The notes under the pieces: generated by a model
What the model saw: only the letters and a program-made list of their open reading frames with translations
What the model was told of the DNA's origin: nothing
Databases searched by the model: none
Position numbers and translations under genes: made by a program
In this document: piece by piece, positions 22,262 through 35,299 of the stretch
How the letters are laid out: each line of letters opens with the position of its first letter
Numbering within the stretch: the stretch's first letter is position 1
Assembly (NCBI RefSeq): GCF_036365525.1
Contig: NC_090400.1
Span: forward strand, 42,764,658 to 42,828,657
Length of the DNA: 64,000 nt
Direction: 5' to 3'
From: Heterodontus francisci
Taxonomy: Eukaryota

Positions 22262-23845
22262 GATCATAGGTCATAGTCATAGAGCTATACAGCACAGAAA
22301 CAGGTCCTTCGGCCCACCATGTCCGCACCAGCCATCAAGCCTATCCTAATCCCATTTTCCAGCACTTGTCCTGTAGCCTTGTATGCTATGGCGTTTCAAG
22401 TGTTCATCTAGATACTTCTTAAATGTTGTGAGGGTTCCTGCCTCTACCTCCCCTTCAGGCAGTGTGTTCCAAATTCCAACCACCCTCTGGGTGAAATTTT
22501 TTTTCCTCAAATCCCCTCTAAACCTCCTGCTCCTTACCTTAAATCTATGCCCCCTGGTTATTGACCCCTCCGCTAAGGGAAAAAGTTTCTTCCTATCTAC
22601 CCTATCTATGCCCCTCATAATTTTGTATACCTCTATCAGGTCTCCCCTCCGCCTTCTCTGCTCTAAGGAAAACAACCCTAGCCTATCTGGTCTCTCTTCA
22701 TAGCTGAAATGTCCAGCCCAGGCATAATCCTGGTGAATCTGCTCTGCACCCTCTCCAGTGCGATCACATCCTTCCTATAGTGTGGCAACCAGAACTGTAC
22801 ACAGTACTGCAGCTGTGGCCTAACTAGCGTTTTTATACAGCTCCATCATAACCTTCCTGCTCTTCTAGTCTATGCCTCGGCTAATAAAGGCAAGTATCCC
22901 ATATGCTTTCCTTTATCTACCTGTTGCTGCCTTCAGTTTTTTTTATTCATTCATGGGATGTGGGCGTTGGTGGCTAGGCCACCATTTATTGCCCATCCCT
23001 AATTGCCCTTGAGAAGGTGGTGGTGAGCTGCCTTCTTGAACCGCTGCAGTCCATGTGAGGTAGGTACACCCACAGTGCTGTTAGGAAGGGAGTTCCAGGA
23101 TTTTGACCCAGCGACCCAGTGATCTATAGACAAGTACACCAAGGTCCCTATGACCCTCTGTACTTCCTAGGGTCCTATCACCCATTTGTATATTCCCTTG
23201 CCTTATTAGTCCTCCCAAAATGCATCAGCTCACACTTCTCAGGATTAAATTCCATTTGCCACTGCTCCGCCCATCTTAACGCCCATCTATATCATCCTGT
23301 AATCGAAGGATTTCCTCACTATTTACGACCACCAATTTTCGTGTCATCTGTGACCATACTGATCATACCTCCTATATTCACATCTAAATCATTAATGTAC
23401 ACTACAAACAGCAAGGGTCCCAGCACTGATCCCTGTGGTTCACCACTGGTCACAGGCTTCCAATCGCAAAAACAACCCTCGAACATCACCCTCTGCCTCC
23501 TGCCACTAAGCCAATTTTGGATCCAATTTGCCAAATTGCCCTGGATCCCATGGGCTCTTACCTTCTTGACCAGTCTCCCATGCGGGACCTTATCAAAAGC
23601 CTTACTGAAGTCCATGTAGACTACATCAACTGCTTTACCCTCACCCACACATCTAGTCACCTCCTTGAAAAATTTGATCAAGTTTGTTAGACTTGATCTC
23701 CCCCTGGCAAAGCCATCCTGCCTCTCCAAGTGGGGATTAATCCTGTCCCTCAGAATTTTTTCCAGTAGTTTCCCTACCACTGATGTTAGGCTCACCGGCC
23801 TGTAATTACCTGGTTTTATCCCTGATACCCTTCTTGAATAATTCA
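22262..23845 (-). mobile_element. CR1 LINE, RT and 3' end
   Basis: NYRPVSLTSVVGK, DFSKAFDKVPH, PQGSVLGP, FSLEQRRRRGDLI; tail (catagt)n on the + strand. Confidence 0.92.
22936..23118 (-). mobile_element. LINE family B tail nested in CR1
   Basis: Poly-T + attcattcatgggatgtgggcg... interrupts the CR1 between cttcagt and cagtgatcta. Confidence 0.85.
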
Positions 23846-24159
23846 ATTCCTTCATGGAGGGCAGGTATTGCAGGTCTTGCCAACTTTAGTGTGATTGGTG
23901 CTGTTGTTTTCCTGCACCTGCTGGTTTTAAGAATATGAAAAAGTATCATAAATTACCAGCTACAGTCATAAAAAGCAGCTGTGAAAGTAAATTTGGAAGC
24001 AACAATTTGTAGCATATGTTGCGAGGATAAGACAACCCAAGCTCAAGAATGGACCTAGAATTATCATTGCAGGGCAGTGGTTTAACTCTGATATGAGAAT
24101 AATTTCTAAACTAAACACCTTTCTGTCTCCCATGTGTGGATATCTGGGGAAAGTTGTAT

Positions 24160-24511
24160 TGTTTAGTTTAGTTTAGAGATACAGCACTGAAACAGGCCCT
24201 TCGGCCCACCGAGTCTGTGCCGACCATCAACCACCCATTTATACTAATCCTACACTAATCCCATATTCCTACCACATCCCCACCTGTCCCTATATTTCCC
24301 TACCACCTACCTATACTAGGGGCAATTTGTAATGGCCAATTTACCTACCAACCTGCAAGTCTTTGGCATGTGGGAGGAAACCGGAGCACCCGGAGGAAAC
24401 CCACGCAGACACAGGGAGAACTTGCAAACTCCACACAGGCAGTACCCAGAATTGAACCTGGGTCGCTGGAGCTGTGAGGCTGCGGTGCTAACCACTGCGC
24501 CACTGTGCCGC
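24160..24511 (-). mobile_element. HE1 SINE, full length
   Basis: Head gcggcacagtggcgcagtggttagc, V-domain and (ctaaa)n tail. Confidence 0.93.
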
Positions 24512-25445
24512 ATAAAGTATAGTTGGCTAGCTTCCCACCATGCACTATTTTGTGTCACATGTGGAAAATGGTCATTTAGGCAAGGTACTGGTTGCCACTG
24601 ATCTGGTTTTAAACCTAGCAATCTAGCTTTTGAGCTGGTTGGGTGAATATTGAATACCAAATTTCCCCCCCTCCCACTCAACTTTTCTGTCAAATGTGTA
24701 GGCAATAGTTATTAAGGTTAATTTCCATCAACAGCAAACTGAATATCACAACTAAAATTTATAATATTCCTGTAATCTTGCTGTGCCACTATCCTGCCTC
24801 TGCCCATCTTTAAAGTTTAAAAGGAAACACCTCTTGCTATTGTCCCCTAGAAGCCATGCCCCAAGCAATGTTGGCACCTTCAAGAGGAGAGGAGAAAAAT
24901 AAATAGGTTAATCAAAGTTGGAGTTAAGCTTTATATTCCTAATGAATTTAAGCATAATATCTATTTGTCTGGAGTGTCCTTAGAAGTGCAGAGCTTTCCT
25001 GTTTTGATGAAATGTCTGCACCTGTGGCCGTTCCATTTGATTTGCACAGGAGCTGTTTATTACCTTCTACATTCGAACAAATAGAATTTTATATGATGGC
25101 AAGGTTTGATCCAAAATTTAAAAAAACTGAGGAAAAGGAATTAGCAGTGGTCTCCATAGATGGGTTTTGGGGAATTGTATTTCTCTGAAATAGTTAGTGC
25201 CCTTTTACTCGATATTTGGAAAAAATAAGAAAACCACAATTGCACCTGCCATATATGGTGTAACTAGGGACTCCAAAAGATGGATAACAATATGCAATCT
25301 TTGCAATGACTAATTTTGCCTTGGCTTACCAAGGACAAGAATTGGGAGAGCAGTGGTTTAGTTTTCTATATGTACTGCTAAAGAGAAACTTTAATTTGCT
25401 TTGGTTGTAATAAGCCATGAAACAAGAACTTTCATGTCTAAAGTT

Positions 25446-25804
25446 GGGGCGGCACAGTGGTGCAGTGGTTAGCACCGCAGCCTCACAGCTCCAGCGACCC
25501 GGGTTCAATTCCGGGTACTGCCTGTGTGGAGTTTGCAAGTTCTCCCTGTGTCTGCGTGGGTTTCCTCCGGGTGCTCCGGTTTCCTCCCACATGCCAAAGA
25601 CTTGCAGGTTGAAAGGTAAATTGGCCATTAGAAATTGCCCCTAGTATAGGTAGGTGGTAGGGAAAATATAGGGATAGGTGGAGATGTGGTAGGAATATGG
25701 AATTAGTGTAGGATTAGTATAAATGGGTGGTTGATGGTCGGCACAGACTTGGTGGGCCGAAGGGCCTGTTTCAGTGCTGTATTTCTAAACTAAACTAAAC
25801 TAAA
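25446..25804 (+). mobile_element. HE1 SINE, full length
   Basis: A/B boxes, V-domain, (ctaaa)n tail; ctaaagt on both flanks (probable TSD). Confidence 0.94.
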
Positions 25805-26087
25805 GTGCTCCTTGAAGATGCCTCTATAGCAATAATGAAATGTAAATCCCAAGCAAGATGGGAAAAGATCAAAATTAGTGTGTGGACCAGAAACACTACT
25901 TGAAGCAAAAGGTTTTGATTGCAAGAGGTGTGGTGTATGGCAGAGGGAGGTCCAGAGGGCAGAATGTTATGGCCAAATGAGGCTGTCCGCGTTGGAGCAG
26001 AGGACAAGATGCTTAGGAGCTGAGGTTTATAGAAGATAGCTTGAGAGTTTCGCTTTTGTGGTTTAAATGACAATGATATTATCTCAC

Positions 26088-26152
26088 ACAAAAACAAGAA
26101 ATGCTGGATTCACTCAGCAGGTCTGGCAGCATCTGTGGAAAGAGAAGCAGAG
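26088..26152 (-). mobile_element. Penelope-derived repeat fragment (no hammerhead part)
   Basis: aaaaacaagaaatgctggattcactcagcaggtctggcagcatctgtggaaagagaagcagag is the reverse complement of the 1141-1205 unit. Confidence 0.6.
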
Positions 26153-26204
26153 ATATTATCTCACTGTGGTTACAGCCACTTTGATTTGTATAATCCCTTT
26201 CTTG

Positions 26205-26520
26205 TTTAGAAAAAAGTCCCAATGTTCTTCACAGTTAAATGTAAACAAGATGGATGCTGAGCCAGGAATGAAGCAGTTGGGAGGGAGGCCAACGGATTGG
26301 TCAAATATATAGATTTTGAGAAGGTTTTTAAAGGAGGGGAAGAAAGTGGAGAAACAAAGATGTTTTCAGAGGAATGTGGTGCAACAGAAAAGGTTGGAGA
26401 GGGAATTCCAGAGAGCAGCTGACTACACATTTGCCAGTCGTGTGGGGAAGGTGCAAAGGTCCAGAGTGGTGGTATGGAGAATGGAATATAGAACTGCAAG
26501 AGATTGCAGAGATGGGATTG
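26205..26520 (-). mobile_element. Old L2 3' fragment
   Basis: gagggaattccagag and ttttaaaggagg blocks shared with 39060-39250 and 54860-55100. Confidence 0.55.
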
Positions 26521-27834
26521 AGTAATGCATGAATTTGAACCCCTGTGTGTTCTGAGTTAATTGATCTCGGGAGCATTGGTGATAATGTTGCCACAGTTAA
26601 TCACAAAACCCTTGAGTTAGGGCATTAGTGTGGCTCTCAGGTGAGGAAAGAATCACAATTGGACTTAATGCCTCCTGTGTTTCAATAAACTGCAGCAATC
26701 GCTTTCAAGGTCTACACGAGTAATCGCCACTTGAGAGAGATACCAGAAAGAGTCGGGAACCCCTGCACGTCAAAGTCAGGACAGGAAGGAAGAAAATTGA
26801 CAAATTAAAAAAATACTTGAATGTCACTTAAAATGATGCCACTGTTTTTAATAAAATTAGCTTTCATTTATATACTGTGATTTAATTAAATTTCATACAA
26901 TTCTGTTGCCACAACTTGACCTAATTTATTTTGTGTTCTTTTCAATTGATTTGAGTAAAGCTTAAGCCTATTTGTGGTGCTACATATGATTAAAATTATT
27001 TTACACTTCTAGTTGTTTGATATGTTAAGTAATTCGTAATATGCAGGTTTACCGACAATGTAAGCCAGCTGGTGCCTTGATAACTATAATGATCCAAAAT
27101 GACAAGCAATACCTCAGGGACTGAGCAAAGGGTATTTTGTGTTTGTCAGAAAAGAATTGCCATGTTGAAGAATTTTCTTTTGTTCTGGATATACTGAGGA
27201 GGAATGTTGACCTGAGCGTGATGCATGTTCTTTCACAAGTGATGTGATTATTTTATAATGAATAGAACCCGTCTGTCCCTAGAATTTTGAATTTACTGAA
27301 AAAAGAAGGTTTGGCTGCACCCCTTCAGTTCTTCTGTATACAGCAGTTTATTAATATTCAACTGGGGCATTTTGAAAAAGAATTTATATTTGGAAAAGAA
27401 ATTTTGGAAAACTGCATGTTAATGCAATTGTATTTAAAAAAAAATCTAATTATCATACCACTGTTGCACACTTGACGGCACATCACAATAGTCCTAATTA
27501 TTACCTCAGAGCTTCTTGGACAGCATTTAGATTGACACGTTCTGATATATGCTTTGTGTTACAAAAGCATCACTAAGCTTCAATGTTTTTAATGGGAGGA
27601 AGAGTTTCTTGAGATAGGCCTCGCTATGTGCTTATTGTTGCAAACTGAAAATAGTACCTGTACAACTTTTATTGAATTTTTCATCCATCAATATTACAGT
27701 TCTAACTGCATCGTGCAAGTGCAATATATGCATTGGAAGTTATGGTTAAAATCCAGAATTACTGGGTGAAAAAGTGCTACAGTGATTGTTGGCAAGCTTA
27801 TCACAATACTGAGTAATGATTGAAAAGAAATTTA

Positions 27835-27928
27835 AAAAAAAGAAAATGCTGGAAATAATCAGGTTAGGCAGCATCTGTGGAGAGAAAGAGAGTTAACATT
27901 TCAGGTCGATGACCTTTCATCAGAACTC
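27835..27928 (-). ncRNA. Penelope-derived repeat with minimal type I hammerhead ribozyme motif (27890-27928)
   Basis: Minus strand: GAGTT CTGATGA a AGGTC atc GACCT GAAA tGTT AACTC = stem I, core, stem II, GAAA, minimal stem III, stem I'. Confidence 0.7.
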
Positions 27929-28039
27929 ATTCTCAATAAACTTGAGCTCGTGCAAAATTCTGCTGCCCATATCCTAACCTTCATTTAAATCCTGCTCACC
28001 CAACTGCCATTTCAATGCATTAAATTAAAAATTCTCAAC

Positions 28040-28600
28040 CTCTTGTATCTATTAGTAATGAATGTATACTTAAGGAACTGCAGTGGAGCCTTGCCATTAC
28101 AAACATTTCCTCTGCTCCTGCCTGGTGATCAATTGCATTGATGAAATGGACCATTTTGCCAGTTCCCACCAGTTTGTAATAATGAAGTAAAAAAATTAGA
28201 TATGTCAAAGAGAAACTAATCTGAATTAATTATTGAGTGGATAAATGTATTGTGTACTAGGCCAGAAGGCTCTAGATTATTATTGTTGCTGTCTCTTCTC
28301 AACAATTTACATTTCTCTGACTCCCCCTGTTTTCAAGCAAATCCAATCTTGTAACTCCTAACCATAATATTTTTATTACAGAGCTCATGCTGTAGGAGTA
28401 TCTCTTTGACAAGTGATTGAAATGCCACATGGCAATCCAAATGAACTAAGCTTAGCACTTCCGGTTGCCCACTCGCCTCTGGTAACGAACCATACAAACC
28501 TGGGAAATCCCAGTTTTGATCTCTGGTTTGTACTGAATTCGTTTCTCAGTTGGGGCAGCAATTTAGTCTCTGGAAGATGGGGGGTGGGGTGGGGGGGGTA
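28040..28600 (+). repeat. Diverged direct repeat, copy 1
   Basis: Colinear with 30310-30925 (gagccttgccattacaaacatttcctctgctc...ctggtaacgaaccatac). Confidence 0.9.
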
Positions 28601-29550
28601 CGGGGTAATAAATGACCAAGGTTGCCAATGGTACTCCCAATGAAATGAACCACTCTAGTTAATGTGCACAAGTGAACATAGGTGAGTCTAATCCTGACCT
28701 TATCTGATGAATTCCCCTACAATTGTAATTGTCCTTTACAGAAATACATGTTGCAGATAAATACTCTCTCTCATGTTTTGGGCTGTGTGTATTTCCAAAA
28801 ATTGTCAGGATTCAGTAAAGAGTTGGGGGGGGGAGGTGGGGGCTGCAGTTGAAACTACACCAAATGAGATAGGTGAGTGCAGTTAGCTCTGTTGGGCTCA
28901 AAAATGGAAGGAGAGTGGAGATTTCAGAGGCACTGTAAAATGAACAGTGAATGAGGAAGATCCTGGATCAATTAGTTTTGTGTGTAACAGGAAGTGCTCC
29001 TGCTATCTTGAACAATATTCATTCCTCAACTAATGCCACCAAAAACAGATTATTTGGTCATGCATCTCATTGCTGTTTGCGAGATATTCTGTGACCAAAT
29101 GGCTGCATGTTTGTTTCACACACTGAATTTTAAAAATATGTTTCATTCATTTATATAAATATTTAAATGAGAGATTATATCCACTAGCTGATGAAGGTAA
29201 CGGGAGGTGTTAACTTAAAATCCAAACTAGAAGGATAAAGGGAGATGTTGGAAGAAATGCTTCTTCATGCAAAGGGTTGTTAGAATTTGCACTGCAATAG
29301 AAATTGGCTCAACTTTAATAGTCTTATAATGGTTATAAAGGAATTGGACACACACTTGAAGAAGAATATTTTATGGACATGTGGATTAGAATAGATGGCT
29401 TCAATGCAGAGATAGTGCTGGTTACAAGCAGGATGAGCCAGAGGCCGCCTTCTGTTTTAAAACATCTTGTTCTGTTTGAGATATATGACAACATGCTTTG
29501 AAACACAAGTCTGTTTCAACGAAGGGACTGGAAAATATATTGCTTCTGTT

Positions 29551-29565
29551 GCTGCCCTCTAGTGG
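29551..29565 (-). promoter_or_regulatory. CTCF core motif
   Basis: Reverse complement CCACTAGAGGGCAGC closely matches the CTCF consensus; occupancy unknown. Confidence 0.5.
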
Positions 29566-30309
29566 TATGTCAATTGGAACTGATGTATACTTTGTATGTT
29601 GAAGCTTTCAGATTCTTGTACATTCATTTATTTTACTTGATCTGTCCGATGGTACTACATACAGAAAGTCGAGACCAAGTGCAACATTTAGGTTAGGTGG
29701 TGTTAGGCTGGGGACAACTGGATCCAGATAAGGGAGAGCGAGTGGGAAGAGGAGAGGAGGAGACCAGGAAAGAGAAGGAGCAGTTGAGAATAGAGAAGGA
29801 TTGGGAGGCACTGGCTGATTTTTCTTCAGGAAGAAAGAGTGCTAGGGTCCAATTTCTTCACTGAGAGATTGGGAGAGGAGGGAACGGGTGAATGGAGGAT
29901 GGTTTTAAGTGGAGGAGAAATGGTGGATGAGGAAAGATTGGATGGCACAGGAACCTGGTAGATTTTTCTTGGTGGATGGGGGCTGCAATCAGCTAGAAGC
30001 GATTTTCTTCATTGGTGGAATGAGCTAGTGGCAGGAAGGAATAGGATTATAGATGCCGGAGAAAAATATATGAATTTTTCCTGAAAGGGGAAAGGGGATA
30101 GCAGTTGTGATGAGTTGCTTCTCAGCTGGACTGGGATGATGAAAGATAGGGAAGCTGGAGATTGGGGGGGTTTGGGAATTGTTTGTCAGTGGGTGTAGGA
30201 TGGTGTTGGGAAGTACTAGATTGTGGTATGAAAAATCAGGAGTTTCTAAACGCACAGTTAAAAGATTGTGGAGCATTTTAACATGGTTCTATTTCTATTG
30301 CTTAACATT

Positions 30310-30925
30310 TGTCATCCTATTGCATCTATTGATAAGAAATGGATATTTAAGGAGTTGTAGTAGAGCCTTGTCATTAAAAACATTTCCTCTGCTCTTGCCT
30401 GGTAACTCATTGCATTGATGAAATTGAACCATTTTGCCGGTCCTCGCCAGTTTGTAATGAAGATATAAAAATTAGATATGCCAAAGACAAACTAATCTGC
30501 TGCATTAATTATTCAGTGAATAAATATATACTAGGCCACACAGACCAGAAGGGTCTAATTTTTTTTTTTTGTCTTCTCTTGGCAGTTTTCATTTTACTTC
30601 TCCTACTTCCCCTGTTTTCACTGAATGGGAAAATCAAATCTAATCTTGTAACTCCTAAGCATAATGTTTCTGTTACAGGGCTTATGTGCTTTTGGAGTAC
30701 TCCCCTGACAAATGATTGTCACCATGGTGATCATAGCCTTTCAATCAAAATGAACTAAGTTGAACACTAAAGGTCTAACAGGCAGTTGCACTGTCTGGTA
30801 ACGAACCATACAGACAAGGGAAATCCAGTTTGCTTTTTTTGGTCCCTGGTTTGTACTGAATTAGTTACTAAGTTGGGAGAGAGGTTCAGGCTCTTATTCA
30901 TTCAAGTGCCAGTGGGGTGGGGGTT
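30310..30925 (+). repeat. Diverged direct repeat, copy 2
   Basis: Colinear with 28040-28600; bracketed by a 17-bp direct repeat at 30275-30291 and 30962-30978. Confidence 0.9.
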
Positions 30926-31324
30926 GTGATCCTTTTTCTGGTTGAGTGTGTTTTGCAAAGTATTTTAACATGGTTCTACTGCTCAACAGGGCCAGGCAGC
31001 CAATACTGTTCTCCAGAAGTTGCTCTTACGGTTTCCCTGCACATCTGTGATCAGATGACATTTGCCCAGAATTTGTTGCCAGATTAACAGCAAGTTTAAT
31101 GGTGCTCTCTGATATTAATGTATAAATTCTGCAGCAACTTGTGGTATGGAAGAGAGACCATATGAATTACAAGTTGGTGGACAGATTGCACTATTATGTC
31201 ATTAGCTTTGTGAAAATGGTGCCTCGCTCTCCACCATCCCATGAATTTTGTGAAGTTGCTGCTTTTACCCATTAAATACGCCACCGAAAGTTATGGCTGT
31301 GATACTCAACAGCGCAAGTATCTT

Positions 31325-32940
31325 TTTATAGAATCATAGAATGGTTAGAGCACAGAAGGTGGCCATTCAGCCTGTCGTGCCCAACTCTCTGCAGGGACAA
31401 TTTAGCTAATCCCACTTACCTGGCCCTCTCCTAGTAACCCTGCAAATTGTTTCTCTTCAGGTGCTTATCCAGTTTCCATTTCAAAGCCACGATTGAATCT
31501 ACCTCTACCACAATCTCAGCCAGTGCATTCCAGATGCTAACCAGTTGCTGTGTTTTTAAAAAAAAAAAGTTTTTCCTCATATCGCTGTTGGTTCTTTTGC
31601 CGATCGCCTGACATCAGTGTCCTCTGGTTCTTTGACCTTTCTACCAATGGAAAGAGTTTCTCTTTACCTACTCTGTCCAGATCCCTCATGATATTGAACA
31701 TCCCTATCAAATCTCCCCTCAGCCTTCACTTCAGCATGGAAAACAACCACACTTCTCCAATATGCCCTCTTAAATGGTTCTAGGGATCAGGGACTTCATT
31801 CATGTGAATCTTTTCTGCACCCTCTCTAAAGCCTTTGCATCCTCCCAGAATTGGACACACTATTCCAGTTGAGGTTGAACCAGTGTTTTATAAAGGTTCA
31901 TCATAACTTCCTTACTTTTTTACTCTCTGGGCTGGATTTTACCTTAAGCGGATGGGAATTCGCCACTGACGTAAAAGTTGGTGGCGAACCCACTTACGCC
32001 TAGCCCGGGGATCCGTCCCGCATTTTACGGGTCTCTAGGCTTTAATTGTTCTGAGGCGGGACTTCCACCTGCTTGAGCTAGGAAGTCCCACCTTATTGAG
32101 CTGCTGGCCAATCAGCGGGCTGGCAGCTCTTAGTTCCAGCAGTGCCATCGGGAGCAGTGGCCACTGCTGGGACTGCTGACCAGATGGAGCCAGGAGCTAA
32201 GGTAAGTTGGACATGCCTCACATGTCAGATCGGTCCTTCCCTGGTGAGGCTGGAGTGGTCATTTGGGGGGGTTTCTTGGGTCCCGGGGGTGGGTTGGGAG
32301 GCGGGAGCAGCCCTCAAGTGGGCACCCTGTGCCTGACTGCGATGGCACCCACCCACCCACCCGGCGCGTGGAAAGACTGGCAGCTATTGCTGGGTAGCTT
32401 TTGCGTCCCCAGCATGCCCACCTGCCATGGGTAAAATACCCACGGAGGTGTGTGAGGGCCCTTAAATGGCCACTTAAGGGCCTTGATTGGCCTCGGGCGG
32501 GCAGGCCTCCTGCTCAATTTTACGTGGCCCCCACGACCTGCTGGGGCGGGGTAAAATTCAGCCCTATATCGCTGTTTATAAAGGCCAGGATCCTGTTTAA
32601 CCACTTTCTCAACTGGCCTAGTCACCTTTTAACGATTTGTGCACATACACCCCTGGGTGTCTCTGTTTCTGTACACCCTTTAGAATTGTAATCCTTTTTT
32701 ATATTGCCTCTCTCGGTTTTTCCTATCAAAATGAATAACTTTACACTTCTCTGCAATAAATTTCATCTGCTAGGTGCCTGCCTATTCCACCAGCCCTGTC
32801 TATGTCCTCTTGACGTCCATCACCATCTGCCTCAATTTTCACAATACTTCCAAGTTTTGTGTCATCTGAAAATTTTGAAATTGTGCCTTTATATTGTGAA
32901 TTAATATATATCAGGACAAGCAGTGGTCCTGGTACTGACC
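31325..32940 (-). mobile_element. Old CR1 3' portion interrupted by a MITE
   Basis: Tail atagaatcatagaat, antisense RT sequence, ISKFSDDTKLG peptide near 32860. Confidence 0.8.
31929..32564. mobile_element. MITE with GGG...CCC termini (PIF/Harbinger-like)
   Basis: TIRs gggctggattttacc / ggtaaaattcagccc; GC-rich interior; flanks tct / tat (imperfect 3-bp TSD). Confidence 0.8.
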
Positions 32941-33007
32941 AGAGGTCAGCAACATGTCCGTACACGAACACCAGTGTCCATGGTAAAAATTTTGAGATCT
33001 GTGGTAA

Positions 33008-33752
33008 TTTTTTTTTTATTCGATCATGGGATGTATGTGTCGCTGGCTGGGATAGCATTTATTGCCCATCCCCAATTGCCCTTGAGAAGGTGGTGGTGAG
33101 CTGCCTTCTTGAACTGCTGCAGTCCGTGTGGGGTAGGTACACTTACAGTGCTTTCAGGAAGGACGTTCCAGGATTTTGACCCAACGACAGTGAAGGAACT
33201 GCAATATAGTTCCAGGTCAGGATGGTGTGTGGCTTGGAGGGGAACTTGCAGGTGGTGGTGTTCCCATGCATCTGCTGTCTTTGTCCTTCTAGGTGGGTTT
33301 GGAAGGTGCTGTCTAAGGAGCCTTGGTGCATTGCTGCAGTGCATCTTGTAGATGGTACACACTGCTACCGCTGTGCATTCGTGGTGGAGGGAGTGAATGT
33401 ATGTGGTTGGAGTGCCAATCAAGCGGGCCTGGATGGTGTCGAGCTTCTTGAGTGTTGTTGGAGCTGCACCCATCCAGGCAAGTGGAGAGTGTTCCATCAC
33501 AATCCGGATTTGTGCTTTGTAGATGGTGGCCAGGCTTTGGGGAGTCAGGAGGTGAGTTATTCGCCACAGGATTCCTAGCCTCTGACTGGCTGTTTTACCA
33601 CTATTTATATGGCTACTCCAGTTCAGTTTCTGGTCAATGGTAACCCCAAGGATATTGATAGTGGGGATTCAGCGATCGTAATGCCATTGAATGTCATGGG
33701 GAGATGGTTAGATTCTCTTTTATTGGAGATGGTCATTGCCTGGCACCTGTGA
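33008..33752 (-). mobile_element. LINE family B, 3' portion
   Basis: MEHSPLAWMGAAPTTLKKLDTIQARLIG; homologous to 9155-9960. Confidence 0.88.
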
Positions 33753-34149
33753 CTAGGTTATTTTAAAATACAAGTTTAAAAGCTTGGAGCAAGACATTTA
33801 AAATTACCAGGAGTAAAAGTCATCAAAGCATTGGCAGCACCCACCTCTCCAGGTGGGTCAGCTTGCCGGCTGTGACTGGAGCATGCACAGTGCGGGTGCT
33901 GGAGCGGAACGGAGGCAGTCGTGTCGGATTTGCAGTGGGTGAGAAACTGCTGAGCGCAGGAGAGGAATGGAGCAGGCAGGAGGGCGAGGAGACTTCATAA
34001 ACACTCGGTGTAGGCTTTAAACACCCCCAATAGGATGTTACCGGTCCCACATTTGCACAGAGCAGGGCAGCAGCTGCGAGGCTTCGCCGAGTGACAGGCC
34101 TGGGTTAATGGCCGCCAATTTTCTAGCTCCTTTGGAGCAACTGAGGTTT

Positions 34150-34411
34150 AATAAACTTTGAGGAAGAACTTTTTTACCCAGAGGGTGGTGACGGTCTGGA
34201 ATGCACTGCCTGGGAGGGTGGTGGAGGCGGGTTGCCTCACGTCCTTTTAAAAAGTACCTGGATGAGCACTTGGCACGTCATAACATTCAAGGCTGTGGGC
34301 CAAGTGCTGGCAAATGGGATTAGGTAGACCGTTCAGGTGTCTTTAATGCATCGGTGCAGACTCGATGGGCCGAAGGGCCCCTACTGCACTGCATTATTCT
34401 GTGATTCTGTG
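34150..34411 (+). mobile_element. CR1 3'-end fragment
   Basis: FFTQRVV..WNALP-coding sequence, gggccgaagggcc hairpin and (attctgtg)2 tail, the classic CR1 octamer. Confidence 0.9.
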
Positions 34412-35299
34412 AACATTAAACCCCAAAACTTTAAAGTAAACTTAGCTTAGTTATAAAGGGGTCTGGGGGAAGAGAGGGAGGAACCATTGTGACACAGCAC
34501 AGGTTGGTGCTGTGTGTGAGAGAGAACCTGCTGGAAAAAGGGAGAGCAAGTGATCCAGAGCTACTGGTAAAAAGATAAAAATAAAGTGAAAATTTCTTTA
34601 GTTTAAAAAAAAAACCTCCATCCAAAACAAACTAGAAACTCCCCAAAAATACTGGTTTAACATATTAGAAAGGAGGAGGTCGGGAAATTGAGTAAATGAT
34701 CCATTTCATAAAGACTGCAGTGCTATTGTGCAGGTTCTGGTGTTAGACTCTGTGAGGGACATCAATCTACCCAGTGATATCGTCTTCAATTTTTGAACTT
34801 GAACACACTTATGAAGTCTAACGTGCATTAAGTTTCTTCAGTGACCGGGAGAGACTCGGGAGGCAGCTGTGAATTCTAATTCTATGTTCACGTTTATCCT
34901 GCTTTTTTTTCCTATCCGTGAAAATACATGGCATTGAATTCGAAAAAAAAAAAGATCTATCAACTCAGCTTGCAAAAGAGACTTACTCCTCACTGTCCTG
35001 GTTTTTATCACTTAGCATGTAGCCAGTTAGCTAAATCATTAACACAACATTAGCACATATAGCTAGCTCTATTCTGTCAAAAAAGTAATTTGCATTGCAT
35101 ACTATTTTGCTTGCCAGCTAGTTAATACAGTTATGTTGCTTTCCATTGATATTGGTGTGCTTAGCCACTTTATTTATCGGGAGAAATGTTTTAAATCAGA
35201 CTGTTTTTGATGGCATAAGGTTGGCTATACATTTAATATACAGATAAATTGCCCCATGTCCATGGTTGGTCAATAATTTTGTCAAATGTCTGTGGTGCA

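Noticed and set aside
25446-25520. tRNA-like sequences with A/B boxes (also at 7850-7920, 24440-24511, 38699-38770)
   Set aside because: SINE heads continuous with the HE1 body; no complete cloverleaf.
28040-30925. Direct repeats as LTRs of a retroelement
   Set aside because: No TG...CA termini, primer-binding site or gag/pol remnants; the interior is unrelated SINE/CR1 debris.
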